NCBI GenBank assembly: GCA_044892505.1
Contig: CM097882.1
Location: 68,882,001 to 68,946,000 of the forward strand
From: Schmidtea nova
Lineage: Eukaryota
Length of the DNA stretch: 64,000 nt
Direction of reading: 5' to 3'
Shown: in pieces, positions 13,419 through 27,244 of the stretch
Layout of the letters: each line of letters opens with the position of its first letter
Numbering within the stretch: the first letter of the stretch is position 1
The notes under the pieces: model-generated
Seen by the model: only the letters and a program-made list of their open reading frames with translations
Databases searched by the model: none
What the model was told of the DNA's origin: nothing
Program-made: the position numbers and the translations under genes

Positions 13419-14639
13419 TTAAAAATGTTTTTTTAATGAAGTAAAATGACATTTATTAAAGGCTTTTCCGAAAATTCCTGGTTTAGTATTCAGAAAATAT
13501 TTTTCTTTTCTAAGTCTTTTAAAAGTCTTTGGGGTCGATTACAATTTTATTACCGAAAAAAAATCGCAATACTTTGTTTTTCTAAACAAATAATGAATAA
13601 TTTAAACAAATAATTAATGAGACTCTGAAAAACAATTTAAGTTAATTAAATTGACTTTTATTTTGACTACTGTTTTGTTTTAAAATGAGATTCAAAAAAA
13701 AGGAAAAATAAAAAAAAACAATTATTTGCTAAACAGTGTCAAAAGGAAAACATAATATCTATTTCCATAACCAGACTTCCTCAGAAAAATTCTAAAACAA
13801 TTGATATGGTTTTGCATCTATCTCATCAAGCATAATTTAGACAACTAAAACGTGAAATATTTCAATCAAAATTTACATAAAAATTTCTAATTTTAACCTC
13901 TTAATACGATGTATAGCTAGCCTCCATTAAGGATATCTCAATAACCATCGAAAAGACCATCGAAAATTTCATTGGAAACAAAATAAATATGACTACGTTT
14001 TTTTCATCGAAAGCCGGAAAATTAAAAAGACATTGATAATTAACTTGAAATCAAAATAAAAACAAACAATGCATCTATTCAAAAATAAATTATATATTAT
14101 AAAAGGAAATTATTTGATAAAAAAAGAAACTAAAAGTCTTATCTCGATAATTAGTAGGAATATTAATTGTTTTCGTCATTATCTTTTTCCTATTGAAGAA
14201 AACTTTAAAAAAAATAATAAATAGTCTGCTTTAATTGGTTTAATAATGAATTATTTTATCATAGTTTTACATAAAATTATTTTTTATTTCCGCTTAAATT
14301 TAAAAAAGTTGTCAGGAATATTTTTTTTCTTCATTTTTTCATTCAACAAGTGACATTTGAGGCAAAATTTGTCTTACACTTATTTTGTATGTCCACGCAA
14401 AGTGCGACAAGTCTCAGACAAATGTTTTACAATTTAGAATTAATTTTGAAAATTTTGATTTTTGTCTTTGTTATTATACAAAATTTAAAATGCAAATTAT
14501 AATTCAGAATAAGTCGAAAATAATTTTGTAACGAGATAAATATTTTACCATTGTGGAGCTCAGCGGGCTAATTTTATAGTTGGAATATTTGTCTGCATTA
14601 TCTCAACTGACAAAATCTGAAACATTTCCACAACTATCA

Positions 14640-14700
14640 TAGTTACTTGATAAAGGCTGTGCCTAAAAATCGTGTAAAAAATATTTTGATCTATAGTCAT
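14640..14700. repeat. Partial copy of the 21.0-21.2 kb palindromic repeat family
   Basis: cttgataaaggctgtgcc...ttttgatctatagtc, shared with 21117-21180. Confidence 0.75.
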
Positions 14701-15434
14701 ACAATTCTGAAAATTATTGATATAAATTTTTAAAACTGCTTTTTCGAGCTTTTTCTTTGAAAAGCCCTTGAAACACTTGAAAAAACATTTCTGGAAAGTT
14801 TTGTTAAAAAGTGAAAATTTTTTTTATGTATTGTTTTATGAAATGAAACATTTTTAAACTAATTTTTTGGAATCGCATAAAACATTTGAAAAAAAAATAT
14901 TGTCATATAAAGTTATTCATATTTTATTCGAAAATATTAAAAATTACTTTTTGGTGGGATAACATATGCAAATTAAAACTAAAAGTTAAAATTTAGAAAT
15001 ATATTAATTATTAAAATAATTTTAACTTAAAAAAATGATAAAGTAAGACACAATAACCAAAATATAGAATTTAAAAATTTTCTTTATGTTGTTTGATGAA
15101 TATTTTTTAAAAGAAGTCGTACAAAAGCAAATTTTGCTACCGGCTATTAGAAAAAAATCATTTAAAATATAAAAGAAACAATTAATAAATTTAAATGAAA
15201 TCTATTTTTATTTTCAATTTTCTTCATCTTAATTTCATTTCAAATTTTAGATTAATATATTAATTTATTTAACACGAATTTTCGACACTGACTTTTTTAT
15301 TTTAAATGAAATAAAAACACTGTTCAAATTTAATGATTTCTAAATTGTTACTATTTAGAATTATTTTTATCTGTTTCATTGCTAGTTCTAGCTACTGAAA
15401 TAAAAATCAAATAAACTAAAACATACATAAACAT

Positions 15435-17560
15435 TTATTTAATTTCAAAGGGTTGTTGTTGCTTCGAATTACTATCGTCTAGTTTGTTTATCAACCCTTT
15501 CACAATTTTGTCTATACTTCTCTTTTCTTTGTTTTGGTCGATTGTTGACAATTTCATCAATGTGTTATTTTTTCCCTCCTTGTCCGTCCATTCTTCCGCT
15601 TCTCCCAGTGTTGTTCCTGTATGTAGACTTTTCACTCCTCCTTCCTGCATATTAATTCGGACCCAAATCAATCCCTCGGAACATGTTGCTAGTCCATCTG
15701 CTTCCAGTATACCTCTTTCCTCCATCTTGTTCTTGTTTCCTGTAAATAAACAATTAGTTACGTCTTCCTTTATCCTTTCGTTCTCCTTATCTACTATCAT
15801 CCCTTTGACCCAATACTCTCCCTCTCCTTTCAATGTCACATTTTCTGCTACCACTACTTTTCTCGTTTCTTCTTCCGTCCATTTAACTATTCTTCCCACT
15901 CCTGGACGCCTGGGAGTGGTCTTTAACAGTTTAAAGACGATGGTATCGATGTCTTGGATAGAAATGGAATTTGAATACCCTTTACCTCGATACAGTCTTC
16001 TGCCGGTTTCATTATTACTCCCAGTTCTTTCATGCATCTGAGTCCGATATACGCATGTGGGAATACCCCGTTCATTATTTCGAATTTGTGTTTGGTCGTC
16101 CTTGGACCCAAACTCAGTGACAATACTAATTGTCCTCGGCTTTTTCCTTTACTTCCATCTGCGTACGCTACTCTAACGTTTGAATCCCTGACTTCTATTG
16201 TCGAATCTCGTTGTATTATTTTCTCTGCCAGTTCCTCACTAATGACATTCAGATCTGCTCCCGTATCGAATAGTGCTTTAACTTCTTCTCCTTGGATTTT
16301 GCAACAAATGATTGGCTTGTTGGTTGCCCTTTCCGATCGTCTTTGCGATATTACTGTTGTGGCTTTTTTTATATTTTTTTCCTTTGGTTTGTCGCCATTA
16401 CCTCCGATAAACTGTGCCCACTTCTCTTCCATTGTTAGCTTACTTTTCTTTGTCTTTTTTTCTTTTTGTGTAATCGCTTTCATAATTCGTTCTGATGGGT
16501 CGTCTTCTTCGTATTCGCTATCTGAACTTGTCCCTTGTACGGATACTTCTTCTAATTGTCGTACTCTTCTATAATCGTCCCTCTTGTTTGGGCATTCTCT
16601 ACTTATATGACCCTTTCTATTACAATTAAAACATGTTACCTTTTCTCGATACTCTCGGCAATTGCTCGATATATGTCCTGTTTTCTTGCATCGGAAGCAT
16701 CTTTCGTTCTTCTTTTCTTCGCAGAAACGTGCAATATGACCGGTTTTGCCGCAATTGTAACATTCCACTTGTTGTCCATTGTGGAATTCTTTTCTACTTC
16801 TATCTTGGTTATTCGGTTCTTTTAAACTTTTTATAATTTCCTGAAGTCTCTTAATCTCTTCTCTTAATTCTTGTAACTCCAATGTGGCATTTTTATCTAC
16901 CCGCATTTGCCTAGCATTGTTGTTTCCTTTCGCTTGATTAATTCCTTTCCCGTCTCTCCATGCATTATAGCTCTCTTCTCGTAGTTGTGATAATCTGTAT
17001 TCTGGAATTATTTCTTTCTGGTCATCTTCTTCCTTTATTAGTTCGACAGCTTCATCTATGGTTTTGGGCCGCAATATTTTCAATGTCTTTCTCATGATTT
17101 CACTTTTTAAACCTTCTCTAAAGATCATTAATTCTATTCTGTTTCGATCTTCTTTTGTGTCTTTCGTCGTTCTTTTTACCCGTCTACTGAAATCTACTAT
17201 CGTCTCTCCTTCGTCCTGTTTGGTCGATAGAAAAATTCTAACCTTCTTGGCTCTTGACTCCTTTATTGGGAACATTTCTGTTAATGTTTTGGTGTACCAC
17301 TCTACTGTGTTGTTTTCTTCTCCATACGTACTTTTTGATTCCACCTCGAATAAGATTTCTGGATCAAAATATCTTCTTAATAATCGGACTTTGTATGCCT
17401 CTTCCATCTCAAACATCGCCAAAAAGGATGTTATATTCTCGAGATGTGTCCTCACATCCCTTTTACACTTCCTTGTGTATAGATATAGGGATCCCTCTAT
17501 CTCTTGTGCCAATAAATTTTTGACAAAAGAATTGTCAAACGTAACTGCTCGTGACGCCAT
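15435..17560 (-). mobile_element. Ty3/Gypsy gag-protease ORF (15923-17560) plus the start of pol in the -1 frame, truncated before RT
   Basis: Three CX2CX4HX4C knuckles (CYNCGKTGHIARFC, CFRCKKTGHISSNC, CFNCNRKGHISREC) and aspartic protease ALFDTGADLNVIS; overlapping ORF 15435-16037 has no RT motifs. Confidence 0.9.
15896..15935 (-). promoter_or_regulatory. Candidate -1 ribosomal frameshift signal
   Basis: Slippery T TTA AAC (15929-15935) one codon before the gag-pro stop; a 7-bp CCACTCC/GGAGTGG hairpin starts 9 nt downstream; a -1 shift enters the open pol frame (FKLLKTTPRR). Confidence 0.6.
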
Positions 17561-19059
17561 GTTATATCTCTAAATGAATTAACTAATTTATATAAATAAA
17601 TTACCACGATTCGGAAATAATAATTCTAATAATAAATCAATAAATTACAATATTCAAAAATCTCTATTTTACAACACAATATTCAAACAATATTCTAATA
17701 ATTATAATATTAAACGAATTTGTAATATTATTAATTCACATATAACAGTTTGAAAAGAGGAAAAAGTCTAGTTCTTGGTTATTTAAACAATCGCATTATA
17801 TTTATATTGATATTTGATTTAAATAAATATTTTATATAATATTTAATTATTTTTCTTAATTTTTACTTGAATTTCTATATATAAAAAATATGATACTAAT
17901 ATATAAATAACGGAGGAACTACACTAGTTAAAATATAAAATTTTCATAATTCCAATCACAATTGGCCAAGAAATTTAATTAAAACGAAATAGAAATTATC
18001 GGCATTATGAAGTTTTTGTCCATTTGGCATTGAGGTCAAATTTGTAGTGTGATAATTTCGAAAATATTTTATTCCAATACAGAATGACATAACTGTTAAT
18101 ATTATTATTATTCAAACAAACATGTTAGATACTAGAGAACTCAACAATAAATATTTCACATAAAAAAACAACAAATTCGCGCTGGACCAAATATTTATAA
18201 ATATTATTTAAACTAAATATCCCTGTTATAATTTGTATAAAAAGGAAACAATAAAAGCAAGAAAATGAAAGATTACAACAGAAAAATTTATCACAAATAT
18301 AATTTCACTGGTTCAGACGTCCGATTTCATAACAGAATGACATATAAATATGTTGCGGAGTTTATGTAAAAACAAAAAACAAAAACAAAACAAAATCTGG
18401 AATTATGCTTTACGAGATTTATGTTGTGAAGAAAATGTCTCAAGGAAGTTTACTATAGTGATTTAGAATGATATAAAAATATTATTAATTATAATTTAGT
18501 AATAATTACATAATTAATATATAATTGTAATTATAATTTATAATATTATTTTAAAAATTTTTATACATTTTTCAATGTTTCTTAACTAAAAACAAATGTC
18601 ATCTATAGTTATTCGAAACTCACTCCTCAAATGTTTATAAAAAGGCACCGTTTTTCATCTTTTTCATATATAAAATTTCATACAGATTTTTGAAAACCAT
18701 CAAAAGTCAATGACATTTTTCATAACAATTAACATATTTTCTTTGTTTCAAGCCATTTACTTATATGTAACGGAAGAATTATAAAATATAATTATAATTT
18801 ATTATTAAAAATTATCATGTATATTTTAATATTACTTCCTAAGTTTAAAACACACGAACTGGAATAAAGATAATGTTAGTACAAAAAATCGTGTAAAATA
18901 TAAACAACAGTCACAAGTAATCGTACACCCAAGGATAAAACAAATTAGGTACATTTACAACATTAATAAATGCCCTTAAATCTAATAAGCTAAGAATGTG
19001 AGACATCTAGGTAGCATAAATATGCAAGCTTACAGTGGTGGTCAGCATGTGCAAATCCT

Positions 19060-19061
<2 letters not shown>

Positions 19062-19103
<42 letters not shown>
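19062..19103. repeat. (TA)n microsatellite
   Basis: Direct reading. Confidence 0.95.
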
Positions 19104-19106
<3 letters not shown>

Positions 19107-19971
19107 GTCTGAATGTATGAGCAAGTGTGAATATCTTTTCTTCACTTTCAGGTAAAAGAAGATAGAAAGGTAAACTAATGAAAGGTAAAGTAATGTAAAA
19201 TAATATGAGGCTCATGTGCTTTAATACCATCACACGCACTAATAAACTTGAACATTAAAGAATTAATAAATAATAAAATAAAATAATATTTTGCTATTTA
19301 TTAATTATTTAATATCTAATTAATTCTGCTACCAAGAAATCACCATTTCAAACTTGAGCGTAGCACGGACAAAAATAAAAGTGAAGAAAAATTGGTGTTA
19401 TCATTTTTTTCTGTGACTTGTGACTCGTAAAGGTGTTGAAAATGTATCCAGAGTGCGCATTTTTATATTAAAATATAATTTAAAAAATTAAAGCTAAAAA
19501 TCTTAAAAATAATCTGGAGTACAGTTATTTTTGGCAGGAATTGTAAATAAAGAATCTAGATTAATTATCTGAAAAAAAGAAAAAAAAGAAAATTGATAGT
19601 GAAAATGAAACAACGGGGATAAGTATACATAATTCTTGTTCATAAATATATTTTAAATATTTACACAGAGCACTTAGTTGTTAGAAATAGTGTTGATAAT
19701 ATCAATTGGTAACGATAACTCAGACTTGTAAAATAATAGTTAAAGACGGTTTTCTTTAGGATCACCTACCCCTGGTCTAAAGTAATTTTATCAAGTGATC
19801 AAGTGTAGCAAAAAATACTACAAAACTGAGTTTGTAATTATAGACAATTGACTATTGAATCTCTGAAATTATTGTATTGAAAAAAAAACTTATTCGTGTT
19901 TGATGTTGTTGTCTTAATATTAAAGACACATAGAGTCAGATTACAATTTGTTTCCCGTCGAACTTATTTAA

Positions 19972-20288
19972 CCTTTTCGGGACGTGCTATTTTTCTATCA
20001 AATATGCCTATAAGACGGACAGTTTTTGAGGTTTCGATAGTTATCAAGTATGCAAACGTTCGTGTGCCCACTATGAAATAAGAACTACTACTGCCAGACT
20101 CATACATGACAAATAAAATAACAGAAAAGTTTAAACTTGCCTATAAACACAAATAAACAGATCTAACACATAAAATGCAAGCGTCCGGCATTCGTCGCTT
20201 AAATATAGTGAAATCGGATAAATACAGTCTTCGACTATTTGTCACGTTGTTTTTCTCACGGGATAACACTGTCTTCGGCGTGCAAAGG
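19972..20288. mobile_element. Possible old piggyBac-like MITE
   Basis: TTAA on both flanks; ends CCTTTTCGGGACG / (rc) CCTTTGCACGCCG are only partly complementary. Confidence 0.35.
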
Positions 20289-21000
20289 TTAATCCTACAA
20301 TATTAGCAAAAATGATAACAGTTTTGTGTTTCAGGGAAATTTACTTTTCATAGATTATAATGTTATAAAATCTTTTTTCTTTACATTTTATGAAAAACGA
20401 ATTGTAATTTTAATAACACTAATTGACGTTTAGATAAGGATTACATTGACTGCAAATTTGATTGACTTTGTTTTATATATTTTTGATATTTTACTGATTG
20501 TTATCAGTTTATAATTTCGGTTTACATTGATTCTTGGATTGTTTTCCAAATTATGTCTTAGAAAAAATTGCTATTAGGTTATAGAGACAGTTATCTATAT
20601 ATATGACGAAGGCACTACAATTATCAATCTAGCACATTAAACTCTATCAAATACTGCATATATTTCGTCTCATCTTGGAATATATAGCCTTAAAGAGTCC
20701 AAGTTTTAAAAATTGAATTTTAAAATTAAAAATAATTTTAAAACTTTTAATAACTTGAAAGCTTGATGATGGCCAATTAGGCGACCACCAATATGTTTTG
20801 CTAACAAGTTTCCTTTTATCAGATTTTCTTTTATTTTTCTTTACAACAACAATAATATATAAAAAGCTCTCGAGAAAGTTGATAACTGTCTTAGATTTAT
20901 TTCAATATCGTTAATAAAACTGAATTTTCGTAATTTTTAAAATTGAATTACTAACAGAATTAACATAGTTATCTTTTTGTTTCACCTTTGATTTTTTTTA

Positions 21001-21212
21001 TTATTAATATCAATAATTCCCATGACAGTAAGACTATAGATCAAAATTCCTTTTTTTTTTAAACAACTACACAATATTTCGGCACAGCCTTTATCAAGTG
21101 TGTATTTCATAATACTCACTTGATAAAGGCTGTGCCGAAATATTGTGTACTTGTTTAAAAAATAAATTTTGATCTATAGTCTTACTATTATGGGAATTAT
21201 TGATATTAATAA
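21001..21212. repeat. Near-perfect ~212-bp palindrome (foldback/MITE-like)
   Basis: Arms ttattaatatcaataattcccat...ggcacagcctttatcaagtg / cacttgataaaggctgtgcc...atgggaattattgatattaataa with a very short loop. Confidence 0.9.
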
Positions 21213-23562
21213 CAGAATTAAGACTGGGTTGGCATTTTATTACTTGAATTTTATTTACAATAGAGATTCCTTGTATTTATCACTATTATTGAATTTAACT
21301 ATTTACCATGTGTGTAAATATACATTTTTATGATAAAATTAATTTATAAATTAAAAGAAAATTAAATTACAAAAACGACAAATGTCACTTTTTTCTACAT
21401 ATAAAATTGCTATAAAGATGAATTTGATGACACTCTTCGATCAAATAAAGCAAAGGAAGAATATCACGCCAATTATAAGGACGTAACCACACCCTTAATT
21501 TAGTAGTTTTAAAGACCATTGTAACGATTTTATTAAATTTTATAAAACCCTGAATAATTCAACCCTTATGGAAATGCGAACACCTAAATGGACATCTATT
21601 TATTTCGTCGGATCTGCACTGTTTTTCAAAAAGACGCACTATTGACAGTGACAAAATTCACAAAACGTCGAATGTTAATATAAAGACATATTTTTCGAAT
21701 TTTATTTAAATTAAGTAATTTTTAATTATTTGTGTAATAAAATAATTTATTTATGCCCATAATTTTGAATGTAAGTATGAAGATATTTTTTGTTTAAATG
21801 GATTTTCCATATTTTTCATTTTTATTTATTTACTATTATTTCTTATTTCTTAATTTTTTAAATTTCAATGAACATTCAATAATTTGGGTGTCACTTCATG
21901 TGGATCGGGGTTGACAATAGCTAAACAAATGAAAAATTTGCATATAAAATCAGTCTTATTATTAATAACTGTGCAATTATTTAACAATATAAAATAAAAT
22001 TGTAAAATTTTTACCCCTTTTTTATTGTAGAATCTGAAATTTCCACATTCTAGATAACATTTCTCAATTTTATTATTCATTTTCCCATTGTATTCGTTCT
22101 TCGTTTCGATAATCTTTATATAAACGTATACAAGTCAAATATTTGATGCAATTAAATAATTTTTCTGTTTTATTGAAAATATTTTAATTTGAACTACTAT
22201 TATACAGTTAATTTCTACTGAATGTGTTATATTGAAATTTATTTGTTTATTGTATTATTAAATTTAACCGGAATAAATCTTTATAAATGTAAATGAACCA
22301 AAATTTTTACTAATTAAGAGAAACATCATATTTGCTTTAGTAAAAAAATCATTTGTTTTTGTTCCAAAAGATTGAAAAATTCCAGAAATTTGTTTACTTC
22401 ATTTCCTTTTCTGGGAAAAATACCTTTTCTAATAATTAAATATTAATTAAAATTCATTTTAATTCAATTTTTTTAATTAAAATATAATTATTAATAAATT
22501 TATTATACATTAAAAGTATTTATATTAATTAAATAAAAGTTTTTTTTACATTTCAATTAAAATTTAACCTTTTTGTACACTTATTAGGAAAGTAAAAAAA
22601 TTATCTAGACTCAAATTTAAGCATGANNNNNNNNNNNNNNNNNNNNNNNNNNNNNNNNNNNNNNNNNNNNNNNNNNNNNNNNNNNNNNNNNNNNNNNNNN
22701 NNNNNNNNNNNNNNNNNNNNNNNNNNNNNNNNNNNNNNNNNNNNNNNNNNNNNNNNNNNNNNNNNNNNNNNNNNNNNNNNNNNNNNNNNNNNNNNNNNNN
22801 NNNNNNNNNNNNTAAAATATTAATTAAACATAAAAGTATTTTACAGGAAATATAATTTACTTGAGGGAATTTCCAGTCTCATTGACTGTTGAGGATGGTA
22901 GAAAGAATTCCTTTTGAAATAACTCAAATTTAATTGATCATTATTTAAATATTAAGTCTTTCGTTTATGGAAGAAATGACTCTAATAAATTTGATAAAAA
23001 AATATTTTTAATTTTAATAAAAAAATGAAATTTATTATTTCGCTATAAATTTTAAAATTTATGACATTTCATTTACTTTTAAAGATTGATTTAGTGCTGA
23101 AATTTGACTGGCAATTATAAGAAATAATGAAAAGTAAAATAATAATTGTTGAATAATATAAAAATATAAAACTATAAATGAGTAAAAATTTCGAAGAAAA
23201 AGAAAATATAAATAAAAAATATTTATTTGAAAATTAAAATAACACTATATTGAAAAGAAACTGAACACAGTTAAACAAACATTAATATTTATTTATAATT
23301 TTAAAATAAATTAAAAAAATAAAATTTCAAAAGATTAAAAACAAATCAAAATAATAAACAAATGAGTTACCCATTCCAAAAATAATATTTTAAATAATAT
23401 TTTAAATTTTATTCTTAAAATTAAATGTTTTTATTATTTTGGATAATTAAAAATAATAAAAATTACTTTACTTTAAAAAGTTTTTCTTTATCCTGATAAA
23501 GATAATTTTTGCTTTTTTTGAATGCGAATCATTTTTAGTAGCTAGATATTTTAAACATTTAC

Positions 23563-23600
23563 AGTAGGGATAATTGTGTACGGCTAACAAAAGAAATTAC
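23563..23600 (+). mobile_element. Polinton-like left terminus (AGTAGG...)
   Basis: AGTAGGGATAATTGTGTACGGCTAACA resembles the reverse complement of the end at 47342 (AGTAGGGATAAGTGAGCGGTCTGACA). Confidence 0.4.
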
Positions 23601-23904
23601 TTAATCGATGATTCATAATCAATGAAAATCGAGTGACCCCCTCCTTTTTGCACCTCAAATTCTTTTTTATTATGAAATTGATTACGTGACCAATGACGAA
23701 ATGTATTATATTTACTTTAAAATCAAAGGTCAAGGTTATTTTAAGGTTAGGTAATCACAATGTCAAATTATTTAAAAACTTTAAAAATTCAAAATTTCGA
23801 AAAACTTTCAAAATATTCAAAAACTTAAAAAAAGCATGAAAATTCAAAACTCATATTTTCAACATTTTTTAAAAATACATTAAGCAATTCTAGCACTGTT
23901 TATT

Positions 23905-24790
23905 TTCCAAATCTGAGACACTGATTCTTTTAGATCTATTTTATAACCTTGGATCGATATATCAATTAATCAATTTTCATTTTCCACCAATTCAACGGAT
24001 TGAAATGCGTCAAGAAAAAAGTTTTCATGTTATTGATATATATTTTTCTATATATTTCTTGGTGATTTTCATCAACACTTTATTATTGCAACAACATCTT
24101 ATTTATAAAACTGATCGATTAAGTTGGTATTATTGCGAAGTCAACAATTTTACTGGATATGAGAACTTGAATAGGATTTCATTTAGAAAGAAAAACATTT
24201 GAAAATTGTGAAACATTTTAACCGGTCTGAAATCATATTTGGTTTGAACTGATTTGGTTTTGTTCTTGATTTGAACTGGTTTCATTTTCACTGAATCTCC
24301 ACTTTTAATTGGACTAGATTTTTGGTTACTGAAAAGAGATTGCATTTTTTATTATGACGCCTTTCTATTGCATATGTATTGCACATGTGTTGTTTATTAA
24401 AACCTTAATGTGTGTATATGAGCAATATCTTTACTGCAACTTGAATACTATTTTTACNNNNNNNNNNNNNNNNNNNNNNNNNNNNNNNNNNNNNNNNNNN
24501 NNNNNNNNNNNNNNNNNNNNNNNNNNNNNNNNNNNNNNNNNNNNNNNNNNNNNNNNNNNNNNNNNNNNNNNNNNNNNNNNNNNNNNNNNNNNNNNNNNNN
24601 NNNNNNNNNNNNNNNNNNNNNNNNNNNNNNNNNNNNNNNNNNNNNNNNNNNNNNNNNNNNNNNNNNNNNNNNNNNNNNNNNNNNNNNNNNNNNNNNNTAC
24701 TGTAACTAAAAGTCTACTAAAAACAAGTCTTAAAGAAAAAACAAAGACATACTAGTAAATAACAAAATTTATTTAAATTAAAAAAATAAA
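23905..24790 (+). repeat. Dispersed repeat; inverted diverged copy at ~33950-34450
   Basis: 23905-24070 matches the reverse complement of 34300-34447, and 24698-24790 matches the reverse complement of 34060-34142. Both copies contain N gaps. Confidence 0.75.
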
Positions 24791-24834
24791 GGTTATTTAA
24801 GAAAAAAGTTGTTAACTGTACAATAGTTAAGGTT

Positions 24835-25250
24835 TTACCGCATTATTTACCGATTTGCTAATATATTGACAAAAATCGATAAACCTTACGATAAGCGAAT
24901 ATATTCTTGTGAAAAGACTAAGAAATCTTTCACTAGTGTTCGGAATACAGTTAATATTCCAAGATTCATACTTAACAGATCGTATTTGAGGACATTAAAA
25001 AGATCATACCCTCTCAAATTATGTAACACAACAGGTAAAGTGTCCCTAATTTGCCTCGAATCTCAAAATATTTAGATTGATATCCATTAATATATAATTC
25101 CACATCATTTCTACAACATGTATTAGAATTCATGGGAAATACTTCTTTAAATGTTTCATATTAAATAACGGCTTGAGGAGAATTGGTCAAAAAGACATAA
25201 TACAGATTAACTCCAAATTATTTTATAAATATAGTTTCAAGTCTTTACAT
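24835..25250 (-). pseudogene. Decayed pPolB fragment (exonuclease region)
   Basis: Minus-strand TLPVVLHNLRGYDLFNVLKY then (frameshift) WNINCIPNTSERFLSL...VRFIDFCQYISKS aligns by eye with SLPIVFHNLKGYD...CIPITTEKFISL...KFIDSYQF of the 41-44 kb copy. Confidence 0.8.
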
Positions 25251-25479
25251 TCGATTGTTTATTTGCTTTCGATGCTTTTCAGGTATTTGTCCAACTTATT
25301 CCAATTCAGGTTCAGATTCATTTTCATTAAACATAATTGCTACACCGGGAATCATACTAGTCACAGAAGGTTGTACTTTACCAATTTAAGCAGAGCATTT
25401 GTTTTCAAAGATGTCAATATCTTCTGATCATTCAAGTAGGGAGTAGTAAGCAGCCTGGGCTACTTATTTCACATAACAA

Positions 25480-25775
25480 TTGTTGCTATGGTAAATACAC
25501 ACATAAATATATAGTCCCAAGAAAAGATGTTGTCAGGGTAAATACGCACACACACATATCAATATATAAGCCTTGAGGAACATGTTGGTAGAATAAACAC
25601 ACAAATTAAAGTTTAGTCCTCTTGTAACCTGTTACTAAGGTTAACACACGCGTCAATATTTAATTCCTGAAGTAGATATTGCTAAGGTAAACACACACAT
25701 TGTGTATTAATTCCGTGATTACAGTTGGTAACATCTAAACACACAAAACATTATTTATTACCAGTAACACACATG
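25480..25775 (+). repeat. Degenerate ~50-bp tandem array with a GGT(A)AA(T)ACACAC core
   Basis: The core recurs at about 25489, 25538, 25588, 25638, 25685, 25737 and 25763. Confidence 0.55.
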
Positions 25776-27244
25776 ATAACATGTTTTTTACTTAATTGAA
25801 TGACATTCTTTTAATTGACTGACTAACATTTCCAGTGGTTGTGTTTTAACTGATAACTTTCAATATATTATATATTTTGGTAAAATGAACTTTAGAAAAT
25901 CGAATGTGAGAATTATGAAAACGGATGAAATAAATGCGAGAATTGTGAGGGTAGTCGAAATTTTATAAACCACTTAGCAGCGAGGAACTATAAGAGCAGA
26001 TGAAATTAATTAATATTTGTAAAAAGAAATAATTATTTTTACATTAAATTAAAATATTGAAACAAATCATAAAAATATTAAATTAATCAGGTCAAAAACC
26101 TGAACGATAAAGCCGATTCAAATCTTGACAACACAAAATCTTTGAAAATAATTAAACGTAATACTCTGAAGAAATATAAAACTAAATACAAAAAAACCAA
26201 TTATTTTTAACAAAGTTTTGTTCATTACAAATATGAATCTGAGATATAATTTGAATTGAGCGGTGGATCTGGATCTGGAACTTTAACCTAATATTTTGAT
26301 TGGTTTATAAACGAGTCACATCCCTTATAATGTCCATATTCAAGACTTTCATTTTTCCTCATTCAAAGCCTTTTATCATCCAAATTAGTCTGGGCTACTT
26401 TATGATTTTTATTAGTAAATAATTAATGAATTATGCTAACAATTCGTGATTTATTAACATCGAATTATCGAATTATCGAACCATCAAATTATTATAATAA
26501 AAATCCAGTTTGTTAGGGTTCAGTACCCTTTAATGTTATACCCTTAGCCTTATTGCTCTCTTTATCACCTAAAAGACTGTAACACTTAAGCCTAAGAAAA
26601 ACTCACTCCTTATATTCGAGTCCTTGATTTTCGTCTTTGAATTTACCAATAACAGAATCAAAGTTTTTCGAGTACAGTCATACCCCGGCTAACGTTGCCT
26701 CGCGCAAAGTTGTTTCGCTCTAACGTCGGTCTACCATTATAATCATACCCCACTGTAACGTCGTGTTGCTTCGCTGTAACTTTGTTTTTGAATATGTTTT
26801 GTGAATGTTATTTATGTTTTTGTATGTTTTTTATTAGTAATTGTTTTTATTTTCAGAGCATGAAATGAATTCCTAGATATACAATAGCAATACATATATA
26901 ATTGTATACTAAATGCTATTTTAATTTGGTTTTTATTCATTTTATATGTATTAATAATTTTTATTTTAGAGCATAAAATGAATTTATAAACATACGTATG
27001 CAATATGTATGTGATTGTATGCATACTATTTTTATTTGTTTTTTATATATTTGAAAATATACATTTTTTTTCTATGAAAATTTTGCTTAAAAATTATTTA
27101 AATTTTAGTAGGGACCCACTGTACAACCGTAATTAAAATAATTAAAATCCAAGTGTTGTAAATTATTTTCTTTTTCTTTTATAATAACTACCCCCCACAA
27201 CGTTGTTTCACCTAACGTCGTGTTTTCTTGGAACCAATTAACGA

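Noticed and set aside
15484-17573. Plus-strand ORFs of 89-185 aa over the first Gypsy element
   Set aside because: Antisense shadows of the gag-pro-pol frame; hydrophobic low-complexity composition, no independent motifs.
18180-18200. ATATT TGGTCCAGCGCG (minus strand) as PBS of the 15.4-17.6 kb Gypsy
   Set aside because: Position is plausible, but no LTR boundary or confident tRNA match could be established.
19320-19345. TGGTAGCAGAA (minus strand), resembling an initiator-Met PBS
   Set aside because: Not preceded by an LTR-like CA end and no linked gag; cannot be tied to an element.
26675-27121. Tigger/pogo-like MITE (TA|CAGT ... ACTG|TA)
   Set aside because: The two ends match only over 4 bp; internal repeats suggest a decayed transposon but boundaries are unsupported.
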